The position numbers and the translations under genes are program-made. Below, one piece after another: positions 33,076 through 42,764 of a stretch of DNA of 64,000 nucleotides; position 1 is the stretch's first letter, and each line of letters starts with the position of its first letter. A model generated the notes under the pieces. That model ran no database searches. It saw only the letters and a list, made by a program, of their open reading frames with translations, and was not told the origin of the DNA. The stretch is from the NCBI GenBank assembly GCA_963727505.1, contig CAVSGP010000004.1, forward strand, positions 800,001 to 864,000, in the 5' to 3' direction. Source of the stretch: an uncultured Trueperaceae bacterium. Lineage in GTDB: Bacteria > Deinococcota > Deinococci > Deinococcales > Trueperaceae.

Positions 33076-33598
33076 TGAGCGCCGAACCAGCGCGCCAACA
33101 CAGGCAGGGCACTCGGAAGGTGGCATCGGACAGGAATCGTAGCGCCCTGTTGGTTACGCGCAATCGCAAGTACGTACCAGCACAGAGGGCTGCACAAAGC
33201 CGTGCCACGTGCGCTCTCTTGCCGTCCGACTACGGCGACGCGAAATCGAGTACCAGCGTGGCCCGATCTGCTCTAGACAGGTGCCGTATCTCTACAACCA
33301 CCTGCTGAAGTGCATTCGCGGCGCTTGTTCGCTCCGATCGAGGTGTATGCCAGTTGTGTGCGACCTCAAGAGACGGCACGAACCTCGAGAACCTGGGGCA
33401 ACGGATGGAAGTCGTCAGAAGCGCCAAGTTGGCATCTCCGGAAACCTCCAGAACTTCAGAGACTCTCTGTCTAGGAGCCGAACTCGGACAACGATTCGGG
33501 CGCTTCAAGGTTCGTTGCGCGTTACCGCCCTGAGCGGTGGACCCCATGTGCCGGACAGGTCGGCTTGGTTCCTTGAGCGCGCTTGAGCCTCTCCCCGT

Positions 33599-35206
33599 TC
33601 AGCGCCCGAGCCCCTTCAGCGCCCGGTTCGCCGCCAGTTTGCCCGTGAGGAACGCCATGGGCACGCCCCCGGGGCTATAGGCCCACTGCCCGGCCTGGAG
33701 GATGCCGGGCATGGGGGTCAGGACCGACCGCGCGACCCGCTGCATCTGGTGGACCGCCGGCATGTGGGCGCCGTCGAACGCCCAGCCGACGATGGCGCCG
33801 TCGCTGTTGCCCGTGTAGGCCTCGAGCGTCACGGGCGTGGTCATGAAGCGCGAGAGGACCTTCGCGCCCATCCCCGGGTAGAGCCGCTCGGAGAGCGCCG
33901 CCGTCATGGCGTCGGCGCAGGTCTCCCGGAACGCGTCGTACCAGCCGGCCTCGTGGATCCGGCGGGTCAGCCGGTAATCGAAGAGGCAGCTCACGATCAC
34001 CCCGGTCTTCCCCGGGGGCGCCAGGGCGGGGTCCTTGAGGACGGGGATCGAGACCTCGTACGTCGTGCGGGCGAAGAACGCCTCCAAGTACGTCCTCACG
34101 GGCCCCTCGGGCAACGGCTCATCGGCGTAGCGTGCCAGCAATTCCTCCAGGCCCGTGGTGTGCAGGTCGCCCAGGCCGCGGGCATCGGGCGCGTAGAAGA
34201 GGTGTCCTTCGGACACCGCCCGGAAGGCGTCCGGCGACTCGTCCACCGACAGGAACAGCGACAACACCGAGTCGCTTCCCGAGCTCGCCTCCAACTCGGC
34301 GCGCCGCGCTGTGACCGCCCGCGCCAGGCTCGGGTCCTTGATCGCGGCGGTGTCGATGGTGCGGTAGAGCGTCTTGAGGTCCGCGCACCAGATCAGGGTC
34401 CGGTAGCCCGAGACGCCGCCGCCCATGTCGGTGACCGTCCGCGCCTCCGGGTCGACGCCGACGATTCCTAGCTCGGTCCGCACGTCCACGCCGCGCTCCC
34501 GGACGAACCCCTCCAGCAGCCCCATCAGGGCCGCGGTGCCGCCGCGCGGGTAGAGGTAGTCGAGGTACACGCTGAAGTAGCTCATCGCGAAGAAGGCGGG
34601 GGTCCCCTTGAAGAAGTGCTGGCCGATGATGCTCTTCAGTGATGCGTCGTCCGTCAGATCGTCCAGCAGCGTCTCCACCGGGCCCGCCATGCGGTTGATG
34701 CGCCCGATGGTGAGGACGAAGCGGAACATCCACGGCAGCAGCGTGCCGAAGAGATAGGCGCGGTCGCCCAACACGTCCTTGAACAGCGGGTTGTCGATCC
34801 CGTACAGGACGTCCATGTCCTTCATGACCTTCTCGATCAGGGCCATGATCCGGTCGATGCCGGCGGCGCTGTCCGGGTAGAAGTGCAGCAGCAGGTCGCG
34901 GTAGTCGCCCAGGGACGCCTTCGAGTCGACCCGCATGATGCGGTCCTCGATCCCGACGGACACCGCGCTGCGGACGTGGTCGAGGTGCAAGCCGAGCTCG
35001 TCGAGCATGGGAAGGACGATGCCCGCGTTCTCGACGGCACGCAGCCCCATGTCGAAGACGAAGCCGTCGCGCTCCACCGACTGCACCAGACCACCCAGCC
35101 GGGCCTGGCGCTCGAAGAGCGCCACGGAGCGGCCCGCTCGGGTGGCGTACGCCGCCGCGGTCAGGCCCGCGGCCCCGCCGCCCACGACGATGACGTCAGA
35201 CGTCAT
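33599..35206 (-). CDS. Phytoene desaturase-family FAD-dependent oxidoreductase
   Basis: VVGGGAAGL, GFVFDMG, YPRGG, DPALAPPGK, TPVT, GAIVGW, GQW..PGGVP. Confidence 0.85.
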   Translation of the reverse strand: MTSDVIVVGGGAAGLTAAAYATRAGRSVALFERQARLGGLVQSVERDGFVFDMGLRAVENAGIVLPMLDELGLHLDHVRSAVSVGIEDRIMRVDSKASLGDYRDLLLHFYPDSAAGIDRIMALIEKVMKDMDVLYGIDNPLFKDVLGDRAYLFGTLLPWMFRFVLTIGRINRMAGPVETLLDDLTDDASLKSIIGQHFFKGTPAFFAMSYFSVYLDYLYPRGGTAALMGLLEGFVRERGVDVRTELGIVGVDPEARTVTDMGGGVSGYRTLIWCADLKTLYRTIDTAAIKDPSLARAVTARRAELEASSGSDSVLSLFLSVDESPDAFRAVSEGHLFYAPDARGLGDLHTTGLEELLARYADEPLPEGPVRTYLEAFFARTTYEVSIPVLKDPALAPPGKTGVIVSCLFDYRLTRRIHEAGWYDAFRETCADAMTAALSERLYPGMGAKVLSRFMTTPVTLEAYTGNSDGAIVGWAFDGAHMPAVHQMQRVARSVLTPMPGILQAGQWAYSPGGVPMAFLTGKLAANRALKGLGR

Positions 35207-36137
35207 CGGTCAACCCCGTCAGGTCCATGGTCGTCTCCCAGAGGGCCCGGCCCACGACGCGGTCCAGCGCGTGCGGTGCCGGCTTCTCGAGGTGGGTCCG
35301 GTTGAAGTAGCGTCCGCTGACGCCCGCGAGCTCCGGCGCAGCGCCAAGGGTGTGGAGCGACTCCCCGGCGACGCGCGCGTCCGCGAGCCAGGGGTCGATC
35401 AGGCGGCGTTGGTACCAGCGGTAGAGCGGGCCATTGTTGAGCCCGATACCCGTGCGGACCTCGCCGGGATGCATGGCGTTGATGGTGACGCCGCTCCCCT
35501 CGAGCCGGTCGGCGAGCTCCCATACGGTCAGCAGCTGGGCCGTCTTCGAGGCCCCGTAGGCGCGCAACCCCAGGTAGACGCGCCGACGCCAGGCCAGGTC
35601 GCGCAGCTCGAGGCCCCCGAAGCGGTGCCCCTGCGAGTTGACCTGGAGGATGCGCCCGCCGCCCGCGTGTCGCATGCGCGGGAGCAGGCGAACGGTCAGG
35701 AGGAACGGGGCGAGATGGTTGACGCAGAACGCGAGCTCGTGCCCGTCGTCCGTGTGCAGCCTGTGCGTGGAGTACACCCCGGCGCTGTTGATGAGCACGT
35801 CGATCCGCTCGTAGGCATCGAGCAGCTCCCGGGACACGCGATCGACCTCGGCGAGGCGCGCGAAGTCGGCCAGGTGGAGCGAGACCTCCATCCCGAAGTC
35901 CTGCTCGAGTCGCGTCTGGACGGCGCGCCCCTTCGCCTCGTTCCGCGCCAGCAGCACCAGACGCCCCCCGAAGCGGGCGATCTCGCGAGCGGCGGCCAGC
36001 CCAACGCCGGAGGTGGACCCCGCGATCACGACCGTCTTCCCCGCCAGCGAAGCCGTGGTGCGGTCGTGCGGGGTCCGCTGGTTCCGCAGCATGTCGCGAA
36101 GGTCGGCCATGTCGTACTGCTTGACGTACCGGAACAT
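35196..36137 (-). CDS. Short-chain dehydrogenase/reductase (retinol dehydrogenase-like)
   Basis: GSTSGVG, NSAG, VNHLAPF, YGASK, HPGEVRT. Confidence 0.88.
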   Translation of the reverse strand: MFRYVKQYDMADLRDMLRNQRTPHDRTTASLAGKTVVIAGSTSGVGLAAAREIARFGGRLVLLARNEAKGRAVQTRLEQDFGMEVSLHLADFARLAEVDRVSRELLDAYERIDVLINSAGVYSTHRLHTDDGHELAFCVNHLAPFLLTVRLLPRMRHAGGGRILQVNSQGHRFGGLELRDLAWRRRVYLGLRAYGASKTAQLLTVWELADRLEGSGVTINAMHPGEVRTGIGLNNGPLYRWYQRRLIDPWLADARVAGESLHTLGAAPELAGVSGRYFNRTHLEKPAPHALDRVVGRALWETTMDLTGLTDDV

Positions 36138-36140
36138 GGC

Positions 36141-36572
36141 TTACCCGAACCTCCGACGCATGAACCGCCGGTACAGTCCTGCAAAGCGCGGGATGTTGTC
36201 GAAGATGTCGCCCCACAGGTCGTAGTAATCGCGCTGACGTTTGATCAGACCGTCGTCGTCCAGGGTCAGCTTGGTGCAGCCGTGAAGGGTCGAGCTGGGG
36301 AAACGCTGGAACATCAGCGTCATCTCCCACTCGAGGAAGATGACGTGGCCCGTCTGCGACACGTCGACGATGTGCATGCGCAGCTCGCGGCAGCGCTTCG
36401 CGAGCCGGATGCACAGGGCCTCGAATGCCTCGCGCCCCTCGACCCGCTGGATGGAGTCCTGGAAGACGATGTCGTCGTGGTAGTGCGGGAACAGGTGCGA
36501 CCAGTCGGGCTTCCCGTGGGTGTTGTAGGTGCGCGACCACAGCTCGCGCACGGTGTCCGGGTTCAGGCTCAT
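36141..36572 (-). CDS. NTF2/SnoaL-like protein
   Basis: YHDDIVFQDS..RVEG, IFLEWEM, QRDYYD. Forms the C-terminal part of the 36141..37835 track ORF. Confidence 0.8.
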   Translation of the reverse strand: MSLNPDTVRELWSRTYNTHGKPDWSHLFPHYHDDIVFQDSIQRVEGREAFEALCIRLAKRCRELRMHIVDVSQTGHVIFLEWEMTLMFQRFPSSTLHGCTKLTLDDDGLIKRQRDYYDLWGDIFDNIPRFAGLYRRFMRRRFG

Positions 36573-37015
36573 GGCGCGACGTAGTTCACGAGATAGATGA
36601 CGAGCGCGACGCCGAAGACGATCACGAACGCCGCGATCATGACGGCGAGGGTCCTCGAGTACCCCCGCGGGATGACCTGCCCCTCCTGATCCATCTTCGT
36701 GATGGCCGGGTAGAGGCGCGCGTAGAAGGTCAGGATCGAGAAGATCAGGGCGATGACGGTGAACACCTTGGTGGTGGGCGAGCCGGTGAGGATGATGCCG
36801 ATCAGCAGCACGATGAAGATGAGTTTGGTGCCGGCGACCCAGTCGATCAGGTACCTCACCAGGGCATGGACCTGGGGATCCTCCTTCGACCCTTCGTACG
36901 CCAGGAACACGCCCAGCGCGTTGCCCCGACGTGACCCAGGCGCGAGGTACAGCGTCAGGACGTTGAGGAGTTCCAGTGCGCCGAAGGCGACGAGCACCAC
37001 GGAGAGGGCATCCAA
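36569..37015 (-). CDS. Hypothetical membrane protein (4 TM)
   Basis: TTG start follows GGGGAGA; overlaps the NTF2 start. Confidence 0.65.
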   Translation of the reverse strand: MDALSVVLVAFGALELLNVLTLYLAPGSRRGNALGVFLAYEGSKEDPQVHALVRYLIDWVAGTKLIFIVLLIGIILTGSPTTKVFTVIALIFSILTFYARLYPAITKMDQEGQVIPRGYSRTLAVMIAAFVIVFGVALVIYLVNYVAP

Positions 37016-37286
37016 GGCAGGTCTCCCCTCGACGACGCCCAACCCACGCCCTCCTGGTACACCCCGAAACAACGCTGCTGGATCGAGGGCGCCGAACGGA
37101 GCGACACGCGCAGCGGGGACAACGCCAACCTGAGGTACCACCAAGATTACCACCGGATACCGTCCAGCGCCGCTGCGATGGTACGTCGACACACCTGAGC
37201 CGGAACCCCGAACGAGCGCACGGACTCCGTTCGGGACAGGGTTCTCCGCGTCCGCGTGAGGTACCATCGATCTCGAGGCGGCGAAC

Positions 37287-37892
37287 ATGAACCCACTCAT
37301 CGCGGTCGCGCTCGCGGCGTTGGTCGCCTGCATCAGCGGCTCGCTTCCGTTCGCCGTTTGGATCTTGCGCTTGGCGGCGAACCAGGACGTACGCCAGGTC
37401 GGGGACGGGAACCCGGGGGCGATGAACGTCTTCCGGACGGCCGGCGTCCTGCCGGGCGTCGGTGTGCTGCTGCTCGACGTGACCAAGGGCGTGTTGCCGG
37501 TCGTCCTCACCCGGGACGTGCTCGCGCTCGACGGCTGGGCGCTGGCGATGGTCGCGGTCCTGGCCGTCGCCGGCGCCGCCTTCTCGCCGTTCCTCGGGTT
37601 CAGGGGTGGGAAGGCGCTGGCGGTCACGCTGGGTACCTGGATCGCTCTGACCACCTGGACGATCCCGCTCGTCGCGCTCGTGACGATCGTGACGGCGACG
37701 CTCCTGATCGAGCCGGATGGGTGGGCGGTGGCGGTCGCCCTCGCGGCGATGCTCGTCGGCGTGCTGCTGTGGATTCCGAGCGGCTGGTGGGTGGTCGCGC
37801 TGCTCCTCCAGGCCGCGATCCTCCTGTGGAAGCACCGCTCGCAGTTGGCGCGGCCACCCCGGCGCCGACGCAACGGGCCGCGTCCGACATGA
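37287..37892 (+). CDS. PlsY-like acyltransferase
   Basis: GSLPF, VGDGNPGAMN, LDVTKG, FRGGKAL. Confidence 0.85.
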   Translation: MNPLIAVALAALVACISGSLPFAVWILRLAANQDVRQVGDGNPGAMNVFRTAGVLPGVGVLLLDVTKGVLPVVLTRDVLALDGWALAMVAVLAVAGAAFSPFLGFRGGKALAVTLGTWIALTTWTIPLVALVTIVTATLLIEPDGWAVAVALAAMLVGVLLWIPSGWWVVALLLQAAILLWKHRSQLARPPRRRRNGPRPT

Positions 37893-39067
37893 CCGCCGCG
37901 GTCCTGGACTACCTGGCCGGGGACGCCATCATGGGCATCATCGCGTTCCAGGTCGTCGTGCTGCTCATCGTCTTGACCAACGCCGTCGTGCTGAGGCGAC
38001 CAGGACGCGACCGCGCTGGCGCCCCGACGCCCCTGGTCTCCCTGCTGGTACCGGCCCGTGACGAGGACGCGAACATCCAGGCGTGCGTGCGGGGGTTGCT
38101 CACGCAGACCTACCCGAACCTCGAGATCATCGTGCTCGACGACCGCTCCGAGGACGCCACGCGAACGTTGCTGGAACTCGAGCAAGCGCGCGGCGGCCAG
38201 CTCAACGTTCTGGCGGGCGAGGAGCCGCCGGACGGCTGGACGGGCAAGAACTGGGCGTGCCATCAGCTCTCGCTCGCAGCGCGAGGTGAGATCCTCCTTT
38301 TCGCCGACGCGGACACGGTCTTCGTCGAGCCGGATGCCGTCCTCTCGATGGTCCGTGCGCTCCAGGCGCATCGAGCAGATCTGCTCTCCGGCCTGCCGAG
38401 GCAGGTGCTAGGGACCCTCGGCGAGACGCTGGTCGTACCGATGTTCTACTGGGCGCTGTTGTCCTTCACCCCGCTGGCGGCGACCCTGCTGTGGCGCAGG
38501 GCACCCTTCGCGCGCGCGGTCGGGCAACTCATGGCGTTCCGCCGCGCCGCCTACGACGAGGTCGGGGGGCACGCGGCCGTCAGGGGCGACGTCGTCGACG
38601 ACATCGCCTTGGCCAGGCGCGTCGCACGTGCCGGCCTCGTCTACCGCGTCGTGGACGCGACCAACGTCGCCAGCTGCCGCATGTACGGAAGCGGGCGCGA
38701 GGCCGTCGCCGGATTCTCCAAGAACCTGTTCGCGGCCTTCGGGTACGCGATCCTGCCGTACGCGTTCGTCTGGGGCTGGCTGGCGTTCGTGGCCCTCGAA
38801 CCGATCGTCATGTGGGCGCTCCACACCGCGCTGCCGGACCGCGTGCCGGTCGAGCCAAGCCTGCTCGTCGCCACCCTCGCGCTCTCGCTCTTCCAGTGGG
38901 TGGTCGCCTACGCTCGCCTGCGGCTGCCGGCGTGGCCCGCGTTCCTCTACCCGCTGACGATGATCCTGTTCCTGGCGGTGGCGATGCGATCGTTCATCGA
39001 CCACGCTCGTCACCGGACCACGTGGAAAGGGCGTCGCGTCCCGCATCCGCCCACGCGCTGGATCTAG
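37889..39067 (+). CDS. Family 2 glycosyltransferase (CrtQ/CruC-like)
   Basis: VPARDE, LDDRSED, GWTGKNWACHQL, FADAD, VVDDIALAR, CRMY, TWKGR. Confidence 0.88.
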   Translation: MTAAVLDYLAGDAIMGIIAFQVVVLLIVLTNAVVLRRPGRDRAGAPTPLVSLLVPARDEDANIQACVRGLLTQTYPNLEIIVLDDRSEDATRTLLELEQARGGQLNVLAGEEPPDGWTGKNWACHQLSLAARGEILLFADADTVFVEPDAVLSMVRALQAHRADLLSGLPRQVLGTLGETLVVPMFYWALLSFTPLAATLLWRRAPFARAVGQLMAFRRAAYDEVGGHAAVRGDVVDDIALARRVARAGLVYRVVDATNVASCRMYGSGREAVAGFSKNLFAAFGYAILPYAFVWGWLAFVALEPIVMWALHTALPDRVPVEPSLLVATLALSLFQWVVAYARLRLPAWPAFLYPLTMILFLAVAMRSFIDHARHRTTWKGRRVPHPPTRWI

Positions 39068-39090
39068 TCGAAGACCCGCCCGCCGTGCGC

Positions 39091-39644
39091 GTCAGCCGCG
39101 CAACCGCCCGCGGGACTCCTGATCGGGGTGCTGGATCAAGTAGGCCAGCCACCCCCTGACGCTCAGTTCGCCCAGGTCGTTGTGCGGCACGATCTTCGCG
39201 GGGTCGATGCCGCGCTGGTCCAGCTGGCGAGCCAGGGCGACCGTCTCGGCCCGCGTCTTGGCGAAGGCCGCGCGCAGGGCCTCGAAGCCCTCGTCGACGT
39301 CGGGCCGGTACGGGTGGTACGTGTCTTCGACGAAGGGCTCGCCCAGCGGCACGCGCAGGCGCCGCTGCCCCCAGCGTTCGATACCGACCCAGTGCGCCAC
39401 GGCTTCGCGGTTCCCCGGCGTGTCGGGCCGGCCGTTCATGCGCTGGCCGAGCTCCCGGCCCGAGACCTCGAGCTCGTCCGCGAGCTCGGCGATGCCCTTG
39501 CCGCGGGCGTGCCGCTCGGCCATCGGCCTGCGCACGAGTCCGATCAAGCCTTGGATGATCCTCATGGCCCAACCATCCCATGGTGAAGTCGGGGACACCG
39601 CAAGCCGGGATGCGGGCCGCGGTCTCGTACGTCGGCCACGATCG
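39091..39644. repeat. Direct repeat copy 1 (partner 56683..57236)
   Basis: Colinear match at offset 17592 covering the gene and about 80 bp of upstream DNA. Confidence 0.93.
39092..39565 (-). CDS. DinB/YfiT-like protein, copy 1
   Basis: His-containing motifs AHWVGIE, HNDLGELSV, IQH; 157 aa. Confidence 0.75.
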   Translation of the reverse strand: MRIIQGLIGLVRRPMAERHARGKGIAELADELEVSGRELGQRMNGRPDTPGNREAVAHWVGIERWGQRRLRVPLGEPFVEDTYHPYRPDVDEGFEALRAAFAKTRAETVALARQLDQRGIDPAKIVPHNDLGELSVRGWLAYLIQHPDQESRGRLRG

Positions 39645-39829
39645 GGGCACCAGCTCTTCGCCGCGCCACCAGGATCCCGTCGCGGCCTACGCGTCCTAGG
39701 CGCGTCGTCCACCACACCGTCTCCACGGGCGGCGCTTCCAAGCGGTACCGCCATCCGCAGCGCTGGGGAACGCTGACAGGCCTCGCGCGCGCCAACCGCC
39801 CACGGGCTCGACGTCTCCACGCCACCGCG

Positions 39830-40507
39830 CTAGCGATCGACCAGCAGCGGGTAGGGGTTGACGGCGTCCCAAGCGCACGTGTCGGCCGGGCCCTCGTACA
39901 CGCCGAAGTGCAGGTGCGGCGGCGTGGTTGCAGCGTCGCCGCTGTTGCCGACATAGCCGAGCACGGTGCCGGAGGCGACGTGCTGTCCCTCGCGCAAGTC
40001 CTCGGCGAAGGCGCTCATGTGGGTATAGAAGTAACGGCGTCCGCCACCCCCCACGACGGTGATGGAGTTGCCACCCAGGCTCAGACTCTCGATGCTGTAC
40101 ACGAAGCCCGGCGCAGCGGACCGGATCGGCGTTCCGGTCGGCGCGAAGATGTCGACCCCCTCATGCGAACGCCCCCCGGCGCGAGCGGCACCCCAGGTGT
40201 CGCTCACCTGCTGCACGCGCACCCCATCGACCGGCATGAGCAGGGCCGCATCCACCTCCGCCCCCACCTTGGCAAAGAACAGCGGCAACACCGCCGCGTA
40301 CCGAGCGCGCATCCCGAAGCGCAGCCGCTCCGCCTCGCTCGCGTAAGCGCGCTCGCGGGTCGGGCACACGAGCTTGGACAGCTCGGGGCGAAGTTCGGGG
40401 TAGGCGGGGTCCGGCAACGATTGACCACGCGCGAGTCCGGTCCACGCGGCCATCCCCAACGTGAGGGCGCATCCGAGGATGACCCAAGGTGCAGCACGGA
40501 CGGTCAC
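39830..40507 (-). CDS. M23 family metallopeptidase, exported
   Basis: HEGVD, YTHM, GYVGNSG, HLH, NPYPLL. Start approximate. Confidence 0.88.
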   Translation of the reverse strand: MTVRAAPWVILGCALTLGMAAWTGLARGQSLPDPAYPELRPELSKLVCPTRERAYASEAERLRFGMRARYAAVLPLFFAKVGAEVDAALLMPVDGVRVQQVSDTWGAARAGGRSHEGVDIFAPTGTPIRSAAPGFVYSIESLSLGGNSITVVGGGGRRYFYTHMSAFAEDLREGQHVASGTVLGYVGNSGDAATTPPHLHFGVYEGPADTCAWDAVNPYPLLVDR

Positions 40508-40677
40508 AGCCCCAGGAATAGCACCGGCGCGCGGCCCGAGAAGCGCCCGCGTCACGCGCTTCCCGCGCCCCGTGTGGGCGCCCGGGCGGCACCACCATAG
40601 CTGCGTCCCAGCACACGGGCCTCTCGTCCACGAACGCAGGGTAGCTTCCGTTGACCGTGTTGGATGAACCATCCCGG

Positions 40678-41079
40678 TGAACCGCGCTGGGTTCTGTAGA
40701 GACTCTTCTCTCACGCGGCCTGCTTCGGTAGGGCCAAGTCTCCAGTTCATGGCGCCACCAAGTGGACGGGGCTCTGCCCGTCGAGAGCAGCGTGCAGCCT
40801 CCGCTCGTGGAACCACCGCACCCACGCGGTGGTGGCCGTTTCGACCTCTTGCCGGGAAGCCCAGGTTCGCCGGGCGCAGTGGATCGGCTCAGTCTTGACA
40901 CAGACCGATCGTGCACTTGTCAACGCCTGTCAACTCGAAGGCCGGTCGCGACACTCGACCTTCTTCAAGCCGAACGTGATCCGCTCCTGGGCGTCCTACG
41001 ACGACCTCACGACCCCGCTCACGTGCCGATTCCGATCTCCATGTCCTGGTGAGCGGACCAGGAAGCGGGGAGGAGGTCA
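40678..41079 (-). mobile_element. Degenerate IS3-family remnants
   Basis: IR-like TGAACCGCGCTGGGTTCTGTAGAGAC at 40678. Minus-strand KTEPIH..RTWASRQEVETATTAWVRWFHERRLH resembles an IS3 OrfB C-terminus. A second TG-end at 41079 has an OrfA-like QERITFGLKKVE. Confidence 0.7.
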
Positions 41080-41447
41080 GGACCTTTGGCACTACTCGCG
41101 GGTCCGGTACAGGTCCGATGATGGTGGCCGCGAACCAGTGCGTGCAGGACATACGCACGGCGATGAGGTAGCGCCAGCCGCCCGCCCGCCGCTCATCCCC
41201 CCGACGCATCTCGAAGGAACCCGGAGCGTTCGATGAGATTGTCCCGCACCCTCGATCCTGCTACGAATCGGCCTACGGGAGATCCTGCGGGCGGATGTTG
41301 CGACCGCACGGACCAGCTTCGCCGATCGCCGCACACGGCGCGGCGGAGCGAATCACGCACGTGTCGGACGGCATGCCAGCGGTACTGGCGACTACGCTCG
41401 AGCTGGTTTCGAAGCAAGGCCTCCATCGCCGCACAAGGAGGCAGGAC

Positions 41448-42176
41448 ATGAGCACACGCAGAGTGCATGCAGCAACCGCCGGACTCTCGGAACGCAGGAC
41501 AGCGACGATCATCGGAGTGTTGTTCATCATCGGGACGGTGATGGGCGTGCTCAGCGTGGCCGCGACGGGCCCGATCCTGAACGCCCCCGACTACCTTGCC
41601 CGTATCGCGGCGCATCCGAGTCAGATGGCCCTCGGAGCTCTCCTCGTCCTGGCCATGGTCGTTGCGCTCTCCATGGTGCCGGTGGTGTTCTATCCGGTAG
41701 GAAGGAAGTACAGCGAAGTCCTTGCGATGGGATACGTGGTGTTCCGCGGGGCCCTCGAGGCCATCCTCGCCATCATCGGCGTCAGCGGATGGCTGACGCT
41801 CGTCGCTCTCAGCAAGCAGCCCGCGGCCACAGCAGGCCCGCTCGCGGACTTTCTGAAGCTCGGCACGAGCGTGCTGTGGGACCAGGTGAGCGCGATTCCG
41901 TTCGTCCTCGGCGCGCTCATGTTCTACTACCTGCTCTTCGCCTCGAGGCTCGTGCCGCGGTGGCTCTCCGTGTGGGGCCTCCTGGGAGCGCTGCTCTACA
42001 TCGGCGCACCTCTGCTCCGGATGTTCGGGCTGTCGTTCGACTACCTCATGGGTCCGCTCGCCCTTCAGGAGATGGTGCTGGCGCTGTGGCTCATCGTGAA
42101 GGGGTTCGAACCCAACGAGCGGCGGTCGCCCGTGAGAGCGCCGCCTGACCGTCGCGCCCAGGAAGCGGGGCTCTAG
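41448..42176 (+). CDS. DUF4386 domain membrane protein
   Basis: RRTATIIGVLFI, AMGYVVFR..LE, SRLVPRWLSVWG, EMVLALWLIVKGF; AAGGAGG RBS. Confidence 0.85.
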   Translation: MSTRRVHAATAGLSERRTATIIGVLFIIGTVMGVLSVAATGPILNAPDYLARIAAHPSQMALGALLVLAMVVALSMVPVVFYPVGRKYSEVLAMGYVVFRGALEAILAIIGVSGWLTLVALSKQPAATAGPLADFLKLGTSVLWDQVSAIPFVLGALMFYYLLFASRLVPRWLSVWGLLGALLYIGAPLLRMFGLSFDYLMGPLALQEMVLALWLIVKGFEPNERRSPVRAPPDRRAQEAGL

Positions 42177-42276
42177 CCCTGTCGCGCCAACATGCGCAGG
42201 CGGCAGACGTGGCAAGCGCCAGGCCCGGTGAGGAACGTCGGCGCGCCGCTGCTCGGCCGCGCTGCGTACCCGTCGG

Positions 42277-42755
42277 TCATGGCATGGAGCTGTGGCTCAT
42301 GCCTACCGGCTCCAGGATTTGGGTTGCCACGTAGGTCTGGAATTCCTGTCCGCTCACGACTTCGATCAGGCGACCAAGGATCTCGTAGTTCGCATTCGAG
42401 TACGCCCACGTTTCATCGGGCTCGTGGGTAGGGCTCACCTGTGCCAGCCGGTCGACCCCGCGCGCAAGATCGTCCTTCTCACCGGTGGCGTGCGGATGTC
42501 CGGCGTTCCCTTGCCGTGTGGAGAAGCCGCTGGTGTGGCTGAGCAACTGCCTGATGGTGATCGCGCCGGCGGGTCGGCCCGAGAACGCGTGGAGGTACCG
42601 GGAGAGCTCGGTATCCAGGGCGATCTTGCCCGCCTCCACCAGTTGCATCACGGCGAGTGCCGTGAGGCTCTTCGAGATCGAGCCGATCACGAACGGCGTG
42701 TCCGGCGTGACGACCGTGTCGCCTCCGCGCTTGACGACCCCGCGCGCGCCGGCCG
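42277..42755 (-). pseudogene. Serine hydrolase/beta-lactamase family fragment
   Basis: F.IGSISK, LLSHTSG and YSN are present; the N-terminus and the C-terminal HxG half are missing. Confidence 0.8.
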
Positions 42756-42764
42756 AGCCGTGAC

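Noticed and set aside
33100..33590. Short ORFs in the low-GC spacer
   Set aside because: No RBS, motifs or typical codon bias.
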